Of a stretch of DNA of 64,000 bases, positions 1 to 9,826 are shown piece by piece. The stretch covers positions 92,797 through 156,796 of the forward strand of contig JAEYOR010000010.1 in assembly GCA_023411615.1 (NCBI GenBank). The letters are read 5' to 3'. Position 1 is the first letter of the stretch. Each line of letters begins with the position of its first letter. The DNA is from Actinomycetes bacterium. GTDB taxonomy: Bacteria; Actinomycetota; Actinomycetes; Actinomycetales; Demequinaceae. The notes beneath the pieces were generated by a model that made no database searches, had not been told where the DNA came from, and saw nothing but the letters and a program-made list of their open reading frames with translations. The translations under genes and the position numbers were made by a program.

Positions 1-1732
1 GAATGAGGTGAGTGGCGGAATGTGCCTTTGATGCTTGGCGACGGTTGGTCGCATCGACTTCGGCCGAGACTGCGTCGCCAACGGCAATGGCACCTTCGTC
101 AACACGGACCGTGTGAACAATGACGTCCTTGATGGGCCGCTGGACGTCCACGACCTCAAGCGATGCGTTCGCACCGCGAATGACGCCAAGGTCAGCGTCC
201 TGCCCGCCCGACTCCGGGTAGAACGGAGTCTCAGCGAGGACAACCTCGACAGTGTCCCCCGCTTGGGCGACCGGAATGCTCACGCCATCCTTGATGAGGG
301 CAACCACCTTCGAGGCGACCTGCAGTTCGTCATAACCGCGGAACACACTTGGGGTAGCGGCACCCACCTGCTGATACGCCGTGAGGTCGCCATGACCGCC
401 TTTTTTCGCCTTGGCATCGGCCCGCGCGCGGTCCTTCTGCTCCTGCATGAGCGAACGGAAGGCCTCTTCGTCGACGCTGAGGCCCTGCTCTGCTGCCATT
501 TCAAGGGTGAGGTCAATCGGGAAGCCATAGGTGTCATGGAGCGTAAATGCCTCACTGCCAGCGATGACGGACCCGCCCGACTTTCTGGTGCTCGCCACCG
601 CTGTGTCAAAGATCGTCGTGCCTTGAGTGAGGGTGCGTCGGAACGCGTCCTCTTCAGCGCCCGCGATGCCGGAGATGTGCGCAAAGCGTTCGTCAAGTGT
701 CGGGTACGAGGCCCGCATCGACTCGTAACTCGTGGTGAGCAAGGTGACCAGCGACGGATCGTGAACACCAAGCAGGCGCATCGAACGCACGGAGCGACGC
801 AACAGGCGGCGCAAGACGTAGCCACGGCCTTCGTTGCCCGGAACCACACCGTCGTCCATCAACATGAGTCCTGAACGGACGTGGTCGGCAATGACGCGCA
901 TTCGGACGTCGTCGCCCGTATCAGCGCCATAACGCCGTCCGGTCATCTCCTGGACAGTGCTGATGACCGGAAACACCTCATCGATCTCGTACATGTTCGC
1001 GACGCCTTGCTTGAGGAAGGCAACTCGCTCGAGACCAAGTCCCGTATCGATGTTCTTTTGGGTGAGCTCGCCAAGAATGGGAAACTCATCCTTGCCGCCG
1101 CCTGGCCCGCGCTCGTACTGCATGAAGACGAGGTTCCAAATTTCGATGTAGCGGTCCTCGTCCGCAACAGGACCGCCTTCCTTGCCGAACTCGGGGCCGC
1201 GGTCAACGTAAATCTCGGAGCATGGCCCGGCCGGACCGGGTTGGCCGGTAGACCAGAAGTTGTCCTTCATGCCACGGCGCTGAATCCGCTCGTCCGGAAG
1301 ACCAGCGATGGTCTTCCACAAGTCAACGGCTTCGTCGTCCTCGTGATAGACGGTGACCCAGATGAGATCCGGGTCAAAGCCGTATTTGCCTTCTGACTCA
1401 GGGCCCGTCACGAGATCCCAGGCGTAGGCGATAGCGCCCTCTTTGAAGTAGTCGCCAAAGGAGAAGTTGCCGTTCATCTGGAAGAACGTGCCGTGACGGG
1501 TGGTCTTGCCGACCTCGTCGATGTCGAGGGTCCGGATGCACTTCTGCACGCTTGTGGCACGCGGCCATGGCGCCTGTTGCTGACCAAGCATGTACGGGAT
1601 GAACGGCACCATGCCGGCCACCGTGAACAACAGTGACGGGTCTGGTGACACGAGCGAAGCCGATGGCACTACGGTGTGCCCGTTCGACTCGAAGTAATCG
1701 AGCCAGCGCTGACGGATATCGGCAGTGCGCAT
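1..1732 (-). CDS. alaS: Alanine--tRNA ligase, N-terminal part (the gene continues past the left edge)
   Basis: Absent from the ORF track because no stop codon lies in the window. My own minus-strand translation from the ATG at 1732..1730 reads MRTADIRQRWLDYFESNGHTVVPSASLVSPDPSLLFTVAGMVPFIPYMLG...TRHGTFFQMNGNFSFGDYFK...IWNLVFMQYER...AHSATHL, which is the class II AlaRS core. A GGAGG lies a few nt upstream. Confidence 0.93.
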   Translation of the reverse strand, partial: MRTADIRQRWLDYFESNGHTVVPSASLVSPDPSLLFTVAGMVPFIPYMLGQQQAPWPRATSVQKCIRTLDIDEVGKTTRHGTFFQMNGNFSFGDYFKEGAIAYAWDLVTGPESEGKYGFDPDLIWVTVYHEDDEAVDLWKTIAGLPDERIQRRGMKDNFWSTGQPGPAGPCSEIYVDRGPEFGKEGGPVADEDRYIEIWNLVFMQYERGPGGGKDEFPILGELTQKNIDTGLGLERVAFLKQGVANMYEIDEVFPVISTVQEMTGRRYGADTGDDVRMRVIADHVRSGLMLMDDGVVPGNEGRGYVLRRLLRRSVRSMRLLGVHDPSLVTLLTTSYESMRASYPTLDERFAHISGIAGAEEDAFRRTLTQGTTIFDTAVASTRKSGGSVIAGSEAFTLHDTYGFPIDLTLEMAAEQGLSVDEEAFRSLMQEQKDRARADAKAKKGGHGDLTAYQQVGAATPSVFRGYDELQVASKVVALIKDGVSIPVAQAGDTVEVVLAETPFYPESGGQDADLGVIRGANASLEVVDVQRPIKDVIVHTVRVDEGAIAVGDAVSAEVDATNRRQASKAHSATHLI

Positions 1733-1754
1733 TACGTCCTCCATACGTGACAAC

Positions 1755-1791
1755 GCCGCTGGGCCCCGACGTGTGCCAGGGGCCCAGCGGC
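1755..1791 (-). terminator. Intrinsic-terminator-like hairpin downstream of rpsD, within the alaS leader
   Basis: Perfect 13-bp GC-rich inverted repeat GCCGCTGGGCCCC (1755-1767) / GGGGCCCAGCGGC (1779-1791) with an 11-nt loop, starting 37 nt after the rpsD stop. There is no clear U-tract, which is common in high-GC actinobacteria. Confidence 0.55.
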
Positions 1792-1827
1792 CGTTGTGGT
1801 CAGGTCTCCTGCCGAGACTAGTGCGTG

Positions 1828-2454
1828 TTAGCGCGCGTAGTACTCGACGACGAGCTGAACGTCACAGATCACCGGAACCTCGGCGCGCTTGGGGCGACGC
1901 ACGAGCTTGGCGGTGAGCTTTTCGAGCTGAACGTCGAGGTAGTCCGGAAGCTCGGGCAGCACGTCGCGGTGTGCACCTGCGGCGGCGGCCATGTAGGGCT
2001 CCATCGTGACGGCCTTGGGCTTGACCTGGATGGTCTGTCCGGGGGTCACACGGAACGAGGGACGGTCGACGATCTTGCCGTCAACAAGGATGTGGCGGTG
2101 AAGAACGGACTGACGAGCCTGCAAGATGGTGCGGGCAAAGCCAGCGCGCAGCACGAGCGCGTCGAGACGCATCTCAAGCAGCTCGACAAAGGACTCACCG
2201 GTAAGGCCCGGCTCCTTGCGTGCTTCTTCGAACGTGCGCGTCATCTGCTTCTCGCGGAGCCCGTACTGGGCGCGCAAGCGCTGCTTCTCACGCAGACGAA
2301 CGGCGTAGTCACTTTCCTTACGGCGCGCGGTGCGACCGTGCTCACCCGGGGGGTACGGACGCTTCTCAAAGTGCTTGACCGCCTTGGGCGTCAGCGCAAT
2401 GCCAAGCGAACGCGACAGGCGAACCTGGCGACGTGCCTTCTGAACTGAGGTCAT
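1828..2454 (-). CDS. rpsD: 30S ribosomal protein S4
   Basis: The ORF 1828..2589 contains MTSVQKARRQVRLSRSLGIALTPKAVKHFEKRPYPPGEHG...VVEYYAR, a typical S4 sequence. I placed the start at the internal ATG (2454) that matches the canonical S4 N-terminus. The upstream 45 codons do not look like coding sequence. Confidence 0.93.
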   Translation of the reverse strand: MTSVQKARRQVRLSRSLGIALTPKAVKHFEKRPYPPGEHGRTARRKESDYAVRLREKQRLRAQYGLREKQMTRTFEEARKEPGLTGESFVELLEMRLDALVLRAGFARTILQARQSVLHRHILVDGKIVDRPSFRVTPGQTIQVKPKAVTMEPYMAAAAGAHRDVLPELPDYLDVQLEKLTAKLVRRPKRAEVPVICDVQLVVEYYAR

Positions 2455-2599
2455 GATGTCCTTACGTGTATCGAGGCACGCGGAAGTGCCACGATGAAAT
2501 CGATGTGTGCTTGTTCGCGGCGCCAGCAGCCAACCGTCCGCGAGGGCCTCACAAGTGTAGCAACAAGCACGGCTCGCCGGGAGCCACACCCGCGCGCCG

Positions 2600-3931
2600 T
2601 CAGCGTTCCCTGCCCAGCAAACGCCGAATCGTCTGCAAGCGCTCGCTCAGCGATCGCTCAACGCCGTGGTCGGTCGGCTCGTAGTACCGCTCCCCGCGTA
2701 ACGACTCAGGCAAGTACTCCTGCGCCGCGACCGCGTGGGGTGCGTCATGAGCGTAGGCGTAACCGGTCCCATGCCCGATGTCCTTTGCCCCGGGATAGTG
2801 GGCGTCTCGTAAGTGGTCTGGGACGACGCCCGCCTTGCCTGCTTTGACATCCGCAATTGCTGTGTCGATGGCGACGTAAGCACGGTTCGACTTAGGTGCG
2901 AGCGCGAGGTAAGCCGTTGCTTCGGCGAGCGGGATTCGCCCCTCGGGCATCCCAATGAAGCTGACGGCGTCGGCCGCCGCTTGCGCAATGACGAGACCTT
3001 GCGGATCGGCCAAGCCGACGTCTTCGCTCGCGAGAATGACGAGCCGACGAGCGATGAAGCGCGGATCCTCTCCCGCCACCACCATTCGCGCCAAATAGTG
3101 CAGTGCAGCGTCGACATCGGAGCCCCGAACGGATTTGATGAATGCACTGATGACGTCGTAGTGCTGATCACCAGACTTGTCGTAGGCGACAAGGGCCGCA
3201 TCCATTGTCGACTCGACGATCTCGGCAGTGATGCGGCCGTCGCCATTCTTCGCGGAGTCCGCGACGGACTCAAGCAAGGTGAGGGCTTTGCGGGCATCGG
3301 CTCCTGCGACACGGACAATATGGTCACGCGCCTCGGGTTCGAGAGTGACGGCGCCGTCAAGGCCACGTGGGTCAACCGTGGCGCGCTCAAGCAGGTGTGT
3401 CACGTCGTCCGCCGTGAGGCCCTTGAGAGTGAGGAGCAACGAGCGTGACAACAGCGGTCCCACGACGGAGAAGCTGGGATTCTCTGTGGTGGCGCCTATG
3501 AGCGTGATCCAGCGGTTCTCGACAGCGGGGAGCAGGATGTCTTGCTGACTGCGCGTGAAGCGATGGATCTCATCGATGAAGACGACTGTCTCTCGCTCCC
3601 CCATTGCCAAGCGCCGCTTCGAGTCTTCGATGACGACGCGCACGTCCTTCACCCCTGCAGTCACCGCGCTCAGCTCGACAAATCGCCGTGAGCCAGCAAC
3701 GAGGTACGCAAGCGTCGTCTTGCCGGTGCCCGGAGGTCCCCACAGGATGACGCTCGTGGCAGGGGCCGTATCCCCAATCAACCGCCGCAGGGGCGATCCT
3801 TCTCCCAAGAGGTGCCCTTGGCCAAGCACCTCATCGATCCCTCGCGGCCGCATGCGCACCGCCAACGGTGATGACGCAGCGGGCTCCGGCACGCCGGTGG
3901 AGGTGGTGCCAATCGCATCGAAGAGATCCAC
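2600..3931 (-). CDS. rarA: Replication-associated recombination protein A (AAA+ ATPase)
   Basis: 443 aa. It has the Walker A motif GPPGTGKTTLA, the Walker B motif VVFIDEIHRF, and the MgsA/RarA C-terminal region (HYDVISAFIKSVRGSD...LHYLARM). Confidence 0.9.
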   Translation of the reverse strand: MDLFDAIGTTSTGVPEPAASSPLAVRMRPRGIDEVLGQGHLLGEGSPLRRLIGDTAPATSVILWGPPGTGKTTLAYLVAGSRRFVELSAVTAGVKDVRVVIEDSKRRLAMGERETVVFIDEIHRFTRSQQDILLPAVENRWITLIGATTENPSFSVVGPLLSRSLLLTLKGLTADDVTHLLERATVDPRGLDGAVTLEPEARDHIVRVAGADARKALTLLESVADSAKNGDGRITAEIVESTMDAALVAYDKSGDQHYDVISAFIKSVRGSDVDAALHYLARMVVAGEDPRFIARRLVILASEDVGLADPQGLVIAQAAADAVSFIGMPEGRIPLAEATAYLALAPKSNRAYVAIDTAIADVKAGKAGVVPDHLRDAHYPGAKDIGHGTGYAYAHDAPHAVAAQEYLPESLRGERYYEPTDHGVERSLSERLQTIRRLLGRER

Positions 3932-3971
3932 ACGGCCACTCTAGGCGGCAGGCCCGACGGAGGCGATTCCG

Positions 3972-4003
3972 ATATTGCAATATTCGTTTCGAAAGATTAC
4001 TTT
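3972..4003 (+). promoter_or_regulatory. Candidate leaderless promoter plus operator for the ArsR-MFS operon
   Basis: AT-rich stretch containing the perfect 12-bp palindrome ATATTGCAATAT (3972-3983) and the 8-bp palindrome TTTCGAAA (3987-3994). A -35-like TTGCAA (3975-3980), a 17-nt spacer and a -10-like TACTTT (3998-4003) end 6 nt before the ATG at 4010. Confidence 0.4.
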
Positions 4004-4009
4004 CATCAC

Positions 4010-4594
4010 ATGAGTACGCCCGAGCACCCCACTGCGCCATGGCCCGTACGCCGCATCACGAACCCCGCCGAGCTGAAGGCACTCGCCCACCCCGTGCGCT
4101 TTGCCATCATCGACCTGCTCGCCGAGGGTCCGCTCACAGCAACTCAGTGCGCGCAGCAACTCGGCGAGACTCCCGCAAATTGCTCTTATCACCTTCGCCA
4201 ACTCGCCAAATACGGCCATGTCCTCCCCGCAGAAGGCGGCCACGGCCGTGAACGGTATTGGAGGGCACGCGAAGAGGGCATCACCTTTGATGAGGCGGGA
4301 CACAGTGCGGCGGTTGCCGCGAGGGCGGTGACCGACGCCGTCGACGCGTATCGCTCGAGCGCGTGGGAGAAGTTCAAGGCGCGCCGTTCGGACGAGCCAC
4401 AGCCGTGGCGGGACCTCGCCGGCTCCATGGATGCCGTCATGTGGATGACTGCGGCTGAACTGGCCGAGTTCACCTCGCAGATGTACGCACTCGTCGCCCC
4501 ATATGCACAGCGCATGTCGGACAGCTCAACGCGCCCCGAGTCCTCCCGTGCGATTCGCTTCTTCTCCTACACCTTCCCCGGCGAACGCTCATGA
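4010..4594 (+). CDS. ArsR/SmtB-family winged-helix transcriptional regulator with a C-terminal extension
   Basis: HPVRFAIIDLLAEGPLTATQCAQQLGETPANCSYHLRQLAKYGHV is a typical ArsR-type HTH. Its stop overlaps the start of the downstream MFS gene (ATGA). Confidence 0.8.
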   Translation: MSTPEHPTAPWPVRRITNPAELKALAHPVRFAIIDLLAEGPLTATQCAQQLGETPANCSYHLRQLAKYGHVLPAEGGHGRERYWRAREEGITFDEAGHSAAVAARAVTDAVDAYRSSAWEKFKARRSDEPQPWRDLAGSMDAVMWMTAAELAEFTSQMYALVAPYAQRMSDSSTRPESSRAIRFFSYTFPGERS

Positions 4595-5892
4595 CAAGCG
4601 CACAAGCCCGCCGACGCTTCATCGTCCTTACATCGCTGCGTCAGCTCCCCACCGGATTGGTCTTGCCGGTGCTTGTTTTGCTCCCAGTTGCTCGCGACGT
4701 AAGCCCCGCGCACATTGGGATCCTTTTTGGTGCGTACTCGGCGATGACGATCCTCTTCGAATTGCCGACAGGGGGACTGGCAGACGTCCTTGGCGCACGA
4801 CCCGTTCTCCTCATCGCGGCAGGGCTTGCGATAGGTGCGACGATCATCGTCGCCACCTCAATGACGTTTCCCGCCATGCTCGCTGGTTACGCCATATTCG
4901 GGGTGTCCCGTGCTCTGGATTCGGGCCCGCTCCAGTCCTGGTATGTCAACCACGAACGCGCCGTGGACGAGCACGCATCCGTGCGCCTTGGGCTGTCCCG
5001 GGCAAGCGCAGGGAGTTCCACCGCCATCGCGATAGGCGCCCTTGCCACCGCCGCCATCACCCATGCGGGCGACTCCTCGAGGTCGACAAGCGCGCTCGTC
5101 ACCATGTCGATTCCGCCATTGGTTGCCGCCGTGATGTTTGCGATCTATGGAGTTCTTGTTGCGCGTTGGCTGGTCCCGGTTGGGCATGGCCCCCGCGCCC
5201 GTCTAGGCGACGTGATCGGCGATGTGCCGAGGACTCTCGGCAGCGGGCTCGCCCTCGCAAGCCGGCGAGGCCCACTGCGCAGGCTCCTCTTCTATACAGC
5301 TGCGATTGGTGCGGCGCTTGCAGGCGTGGAACTGCTGACACCCTTGCATCTGAGCCAATTGCATACGGACACGAATTCGACAGCGACGCTCTTTGCGCTT
5401 CTCGCTTGCGCCGCTTTCCTTGTCGCCGGGGCAGGCGCATGGGCCTCTCCCCTGCTCGCACGGCGCCTTCGCTCCGCACCCACGACGCTCTTTGCCACGA
5501 CGCTCCTCGCTGCTGTCGCCCTCATGGGAGTCGGACTGCCGGGGGTTGTCACGTCGGGAGGAATGTACTTGCTGTTCTATGCCGCGCTTGGCGCGGGGGA
5601 ACCACTTCTCGACGAACTCACCCACGATGCAGTGAGTGCACGCCACCGCACTACGATGCTCTCCGTGCGCTCGATGGCGCTGCAGTCAGTGGGCATGGTG
5701 ACAAGCATGGGGGTGGGGTGGCTCGCCGACGCAGCTGGTACACCTTCCGCCTTTATCGCGGTGGGAGCTGTCGCTGTATGTGGCTCATTCGCCGTCATCG
5801 GGTGGAAGCGAAATCGCGACGACGCTTCTCAGCACCTGCCGTCCGCGCAGGCGGACGGCTATGCCTCGGCTGCTTCCACTTCCGGGACGTAG
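4591..5892 (+). CDS. MFS transporter
   Basis: 433 aa, about 12 hydrophobic segments, and an MFS-like loop motif ([15 protein letters not shown]). It is translationally coupled to the ArsR gene. Confidence 0.8.
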   Translation: MTSAQARRRFIVLTSLRQLPTGLVLPVLVLLPVARDVSPAHIGILFGAYSAMTILFELPTGGLADVLGARPVLLIAAGLAIGATIIVATSMTFPAMLAGYAIFGVSRALDSGPLQSWYVNHERAVDEHASVRLGLSRASAGSSTAIAIGALATAAITHAGDSSRSTSALVTMSIPPLVAAVMFAIYGVLVARWLVPVGHGPRARLGDVIGDVPRTLGSGLALASRRGPLRRLLFYTAAIGAALAGVELLTPLHLSQLHTDTNSTATLFALLACAAFLVAGAGAWASPLLARRLRSAPTTLFATTLLAAVALMGVGLPGVVTSGGMYLLFYAALGAGEPLLDELTHDAVSARHRTTMLSVRSMALQSVGMVTSMGVGWLADAAGTPSAFIAVGAVAVCGSFAVIGWKRNRDDASQHLPSAQADGYASAASTSGT

Positions 5893-7625
5893 TCAACTCC
5901 AGTCTCGGCGCGCTGTTCGTCCGGAATGGGCGCTGGCGCACCCGTGAGGGGATCCATTCCTCCACCTGACTTGGGGAACGCGATGACGTCGCGAATTGAC
6001 TCGTAGCCACCCAGGAGCATGACAACTCGGTCCCAACCAAGCGCGATGCCACCGTGTGGCGGAGCGCCGTACTGGAAAGCATCAAGCAAGAAGCCGAACT
6101 TCTCTTGGGCCTCCTGTGGGCCGATGCCCATCACCGTGAAGACGCGCTCCTGCACATCGCGGCGGTGAATACGAATCGAACCGCCCCCGATCTCGTTGCC
6201 GTTGCACACGATGTCGTATGCATACGCGAGGGCTTCGCCCGGCGACTCCTCGAATCGGCCAATCCACTCGGGCGTCGGCGATGTGAATGCGTGGTGGAGA
6301 GCCGTCCACGCGGACGTACCAAGTGCCACGTCGTCGTCGTCAGCCTTTACCGGCTTGAACAAGGGTGCGTCCACAATCCACACGAATTCGAAGCGTGAGT
6401 CATCAATGAGGCCAACCCGCTTGGCGATCTCCCCACGCGCCGCACCAAGAAGCGCACGGGACGAGTCAGCGTCTCCGGCCGCAAAGAAGATGCAGTCACC
6501 ACGGTTCGCTCCCACGGCCTCCGCAAGTCCGGCGAGTTCGGTCTCAGACAGATTTTTCGCAACCGGCCCGCCAAGTGTGCCGTCCTCACCGACCAGCACG
6601 TAGGCGAGGCCCTTGGCCCCACGCTGCTTGGCCCAGTCCTGCCACGCGTCAAGCACCTTGCGCGGCTGGCTCGCTCCGCCGGGCATGACGACGGCGCCAA
6701 CGTAGGGTGCTTGAAAGACCCGGAAGGGCGTCTCAGCAAAGTACTCCGTCAGTTCGGTGAGTTCGACACCAAATCGAAGGTCTGGCTTGTCGGAGCCAAA
6801 GCGAGCCATGGCGTCCGCATAAGTGAGGCGCGGGATCGGCGTCGACACCTCGTAACCGATCAGCGCCCACAGTTCCTTGATGATGTCTTCGCCAAGGGCG
6901 ATGACGTCGTCCTGGTCGACAAAACTCATCTCGATGTCGAGCTGGGTGAACTCAGGTTGACGATCGGCTCGGAAATCCTCATCGCGGTAGCAGCGAGCGA
7001 TCTGGTAGTAGCGCTCCATGCCGGCGACCATGAGCAATTGCTTGAACAGTTGCGGGGACTGCGGAAGCGCGTACCACGAACCCGGCGCGAGCCGCGCCGG
7101 AACTACAAAGTCGCGCGCACCCTCTGGAGTCGACCGCGTCAGCGTGGGCGTCTCGATCTCAAGAAAGTCGTGGCGGTCGAGCACCCGGCGAGCGGCAGCG
7201 TTGGCCTGCGAACGCAAGATCATCGCAGAGCGCTGCGCCGGGCGTCGCAGATCGAGGTAGCGATGCTTGAGGCGGGCCTCTTCGCCCACCGTCACGTACT
7301 CGTCAATTGGGAAAGGCGTGGGAATCGACTCATTGAGGACCACCACGTCAGTTCCGACAACCTCGATCTCACCTGAGGCCATATTGGGGTTCGCCGAACC
7401 GTCTGGCCGCAAACGCACCTCGCCGGTCACCTGAAGAACGAACTCCGTGCGCAGCGAATGCGCCACGTCCTCGTGAAGGACGACCTGCACCAAACCGGAG
7501 GCATCGCGCAGATCGATGAAGGCGACGCCGCCGTGATCACGCCGACGCCCCACCCATCCAGCGAGCGTGACGGTCGTGCCAGCGTCGGCAGCACGGAGAT
7601 TCCCAGCGAGATGGGTGCGAAGCAC
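5859..7625 (-). CDS. aspS: Aspartate--tRNA ligase
   Basis: 588 aa starting [44 protein letters not shown] (OB-fold N-terminus), with class II motifs ([18 protein letters not shown]-like, GGGSIRIHR). The start codon is GTG. Confidence 0.95.
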   Translation of the reverse strand: MLRTHLAGNLRAADAGTTVTLAGWVGRRRDHGGVAFIDLRDASGLVQVVLHEDVAHSLRTEFVLQVTGEVRLRPDGSANPNMASGEIEVVGTDVVVLNESIPTPFPIDEYVTVGEEARLKHRYLDLRRPAQRSAMILRSQANAAARRVLDRHDFLEIETPTLTRSTPEGARDFVVPARLAPGSWYALPQSPQLFKQLLMVAGMERYYQIARCYRDEDFRADRQPEFTQLDIEMSFVDQDDVIALGEDIIKELWALIGYEVSTPIPRLTYADAMARFGSDKPDLRFGVELTELTEYFAETPFRVFQAPYVGAVVMPGGASQPRKVLDAWQDWAKQRGAKGLAYVLVGEDGTLGGPVAKNLSETELAGLAEAVGANRGDCIFFAAGDADSSRALLGAARGEIAKRVGLIDDSRFEFVWIVDAPLFKPVKADDDDVALGTSAWTALHHAFTSPTPEWIGRFEESPGEALAYAYDIVCNGNEIGGGSIRIHRRDVQERVFTVMGIGPQEAQEKFGFLLDAFQYGAPPHGGIALGWDRVVMLLGGYESIRDVIAFPKSGGGMDPLTGAPAPIPDEQRAETGVDYVPEVEAAEA

Positions 7626-7678
7626 GTGAAAGGCCTTTCGTAACGATGAGACGCCCTCGAAGAGAGCATTCTGGAAGT

Positions 7679-9025
7679 CTAGCGGCGCTGAATCCGCACC
7701 TTGAGGTCAGCGGCAGGCGGAACCCATGCGTCGGCATCGGCCGCCACCTGCTCGCCCGAACGGATGTCCTTGACCGCACCGTCCCCGTCCTGGTCGGGGA
7801 ACCACACAAAGGGGATGCCGCGCCGATCGGCGTACTGAATCTGCTTGCCGAACTTGGCGGCAGCCGGAGCGACTTCGCACGCAATACCCCGAGATCGCAG
7901 CCTGCTCGCAATCCCGTTGGACGTGGCACGGCCTTCCTCATTGACAACAGCGACAAGGACTGCGCTCGGAACGGATCGAGTGGCGCTCACCAGTTGGTGA
8001 GACACCAGCCGGGAGACGAGCCTGCTCACCCCAATCGACATGCCGACTCCGGGGTACCCACCGCCCGCGACAAGAGAGTCGTATCGACCACCCGAGCAGA
8101 TGGAGCCAAGGTCCTCATGGCCCTCGAGAGTGGTCTCGTAAACCGCCCCCGTGTAGTAGTCGAGACCGCGAGCAATGCTGAGATCGGCGACAGCGGTGCC
8201 CGGCACCGCCGCGTTGACCGATTCGACGAGTTGAGCGAGTGAGGCGATGCCCTCACCGAGCAAGCGCTGAGCGTCTTCGTCCGTCACGGTGGGGGTTGTC
8301 TCCCATAGATCGAGGACTGCCTCCTTGAAGGAGCCATCGCTCGACTGGATCTTCGCCAACTCAAGAATCGCTTGTGCCGCAGCCTCGCTCACGTTCTGCC
8401 GTGACAGCTCAGTGGCCACCCCGTCCGGTCCGATCTTGGCGATCTTGTCCACACTGCGCAGCGCACCTGCCACGTCGGTGATGCCCACACCCCGATAGAA
8501 GCCTTCAACAAGCTTGCGGTCATTCATCCGCATCGTGGCGCGTGGAACTGGGAGTGCGGCAAGAGCGCGCGCCATCACGACGGCGACTTCCGTCTCAAAG
8601 TGGGCGGGCAGGGTGTCGCGTGCCACGATGTCGATATCGGCCTGGTAGAACTCGCGGAACCGGCCTTCTTGAGGCCGCTCACCGCGCCACACCTTCTGAA
8701 TTTGGTATCGCCGGAACGGGAAGTGCAAGTGCCCTTGGCGCTCTTCAACGTAGCGAGCGAACGGCACAGTGAGGTCAAAGTGAAGGCCAAGCTCGGCGTC
8801 GGCCGCCTCACCACCACGGCGTGTGAGAACGTAGACCTCTTTCGAAGCCTCGGCGCCACCACCGAGAAGGTCGAGCGGCTCCACTGCGCGCGTCTCGATC
8901 TCCGCAAAGCCGTTCAGTTCGAAGACTGTGCGCAGTGTCGCCAGCAAAGAGGCTTCGACGGCGCGCTCCGCAGGGGACCACTCAGGGAATCCAGACAAGG
9001 GCGCACGTCGCGACATAGCCACCAT
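7679..9025 (-). CDS. hisS: Histidine--tRNA ligase
   Basis: 448 aa with class II HisRS motifs ([39 protein letters not shown]) and a C-terminal anticodon-binding domain. The start could instead be the ATG at 9016. Confidence 0.9.
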   Translation of the reverse strand: MVAMSRRAPLSGFPEWSPAERAVEASLLATLRTVFELNGFAEIETRAVEPLDLLGGGAEASKEVYVLTRRGGEAADAELGLHFDLTVPFARYVEERQGHLHFPFRRYQIQKVWRGERPQEGRFREFYQADIDIVARDTLPAHFETEVAVVMARALAALPVPRATMRMNDRKLVEGFYRGVGITDVAGALRSVDKIAKIGPDGVATELSRQNVSEAAAQAILELAKIQSSDGSFKEAVLDLWETTPTVTDEDAQRLLGEGIASLAQLVESVNAAVPGTAVADLSIARGLDYYTGAVYETTLEGHEDLGSICSGGRYDSLVAGGGYPGVGMSIGVSRLVSRLVSHQLVSATRSVPSAVLVAVVNEEGRATSNGIASRLRSRGIACEVAPAAAKFGKQIQYADRRGIPFVWFPDQDGDGAVKDIRSGEQVAADADAWVPPAADLKVRIQRR

Positions 9026-9091
9026 TGTTCCATCGCCCGCGCCGTAGACTTGCGCACACGCGGCGCTGATCGGTCGCAGGAGCGGGAGCGT

Positions 9092-9826
9092 ATGAGCAAG
9101 AAGAAGCGCCCATCGACGGCGAAGACGCGGACGCAGAGCGGACGGGACGTGTCGCGCGCCGAGCGAATACGCGCCGAGAACCGGCGCACGCTCATCCTCG
9201 CTGCCGTCTTGCTCGGCTTGCTCGTCGGTTTTGTCATCGTCGCAGTCGTACAGTCGCGTGACAACGGCGAGAACGGCGCTGCCCCGCGTGCAAACTCTGC
9301 GCTCGTCCCCTCAGCAGACCACGCACGGGGCCACGAATGGGATTGGGTGCTGGAGACCAACCGCGGCGACATCACCGTCGTTCTTGACGGCAATAAGGCA
9401 CCGCAGGCGGCATCCGTGCTGCTGTCACTCAACCAAGCCGGCTTCTTTGCCTCGACCGACTGCCACCGAGTACGCACAGAGGAACCGTTCTTTCTTCAGT
9501 GTGGCTCTCCCGACGGCACGTCGGCTGGCGGTCCGCCCTACCGCTTTGGGCCCGTCGAGAACGCGCCATCCGACAACCGCTACCCGGCCGGGAGCGTCGT
9601 CATGGTCCGCAGCGGCGATGACGAGTATTCGATGGGAAGCCAGTTCTTCATCGTCTATGAAGACTCGACGATTGAGTCCGCTGACGGACATGGGTACACA
9701 GTCGTTGGTCGGGTCACGGAAGGACTCGATATCGTGAGACATGTGGCCGAAGGCGGTACCATCACGGGTGCCTCTGATGGCCAACCCGCCCAATCCGTCA
9801 TTCTCACGAAGGTCGCCACCGCATGA
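9092..9826 (+). CDS. Membrane-anchored cyclophilin-type peptidyl-prolyl cis-trans isomerase
   Basis: The internal ATG at 9092 gives MSKKKRPSTAKTR..., followed by a TM segment (LILAAVLLGLLVGFVIVAVV) and a cyclophilin core (GDITVVLDGNKAPQAASVLLSL...FHRV...MGSQFFIVY). The upstream part of the tracked ORF is antisense to hisS. Confidence 0.85.
   Translation: MSKKKRPSTAKTRTQSGRDVSRAERIRAENRRTLILAAVLLGLLVGFVIVAVVQSRDNGENGAAPRANSALVPSADHARGHEWDWVLETNRGDITVVLDGNKAPQAASVLLSLNQAGFFASTDCHRVRTEEPFFLQCGSPDGTSAGGPPYRFGPVENAPSDNRYPAGSVVMVRSGDDEYSMGSQFFIVYEDSTIESADGHGYTVVGRVTEGLDIVRHVAEGGTITGASDGQPAQSVILTKVATA

Noticed and set aside
35-1396. Plus-strand ORFs 35..874 (279 aa) and 881..1396 (171 aa) at the left edge
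   Set aside because: They lie antisense to an uninterrupted minus-strand frame that translates into a textbook AlaRS. Their own translations show no recognisable motifs and are typical high-GC antisense open frames.
4503-5969. 488-aa plus-strand ORF overlapping the MFS gene in another frame
   Set aside because: Its composition is extremely rich in Arg, Pro and Cys with no hydrophobic pattern. The +1 frame (4591..5892) gives a coherent 12-TM transporter coupled to the ArsR gene.
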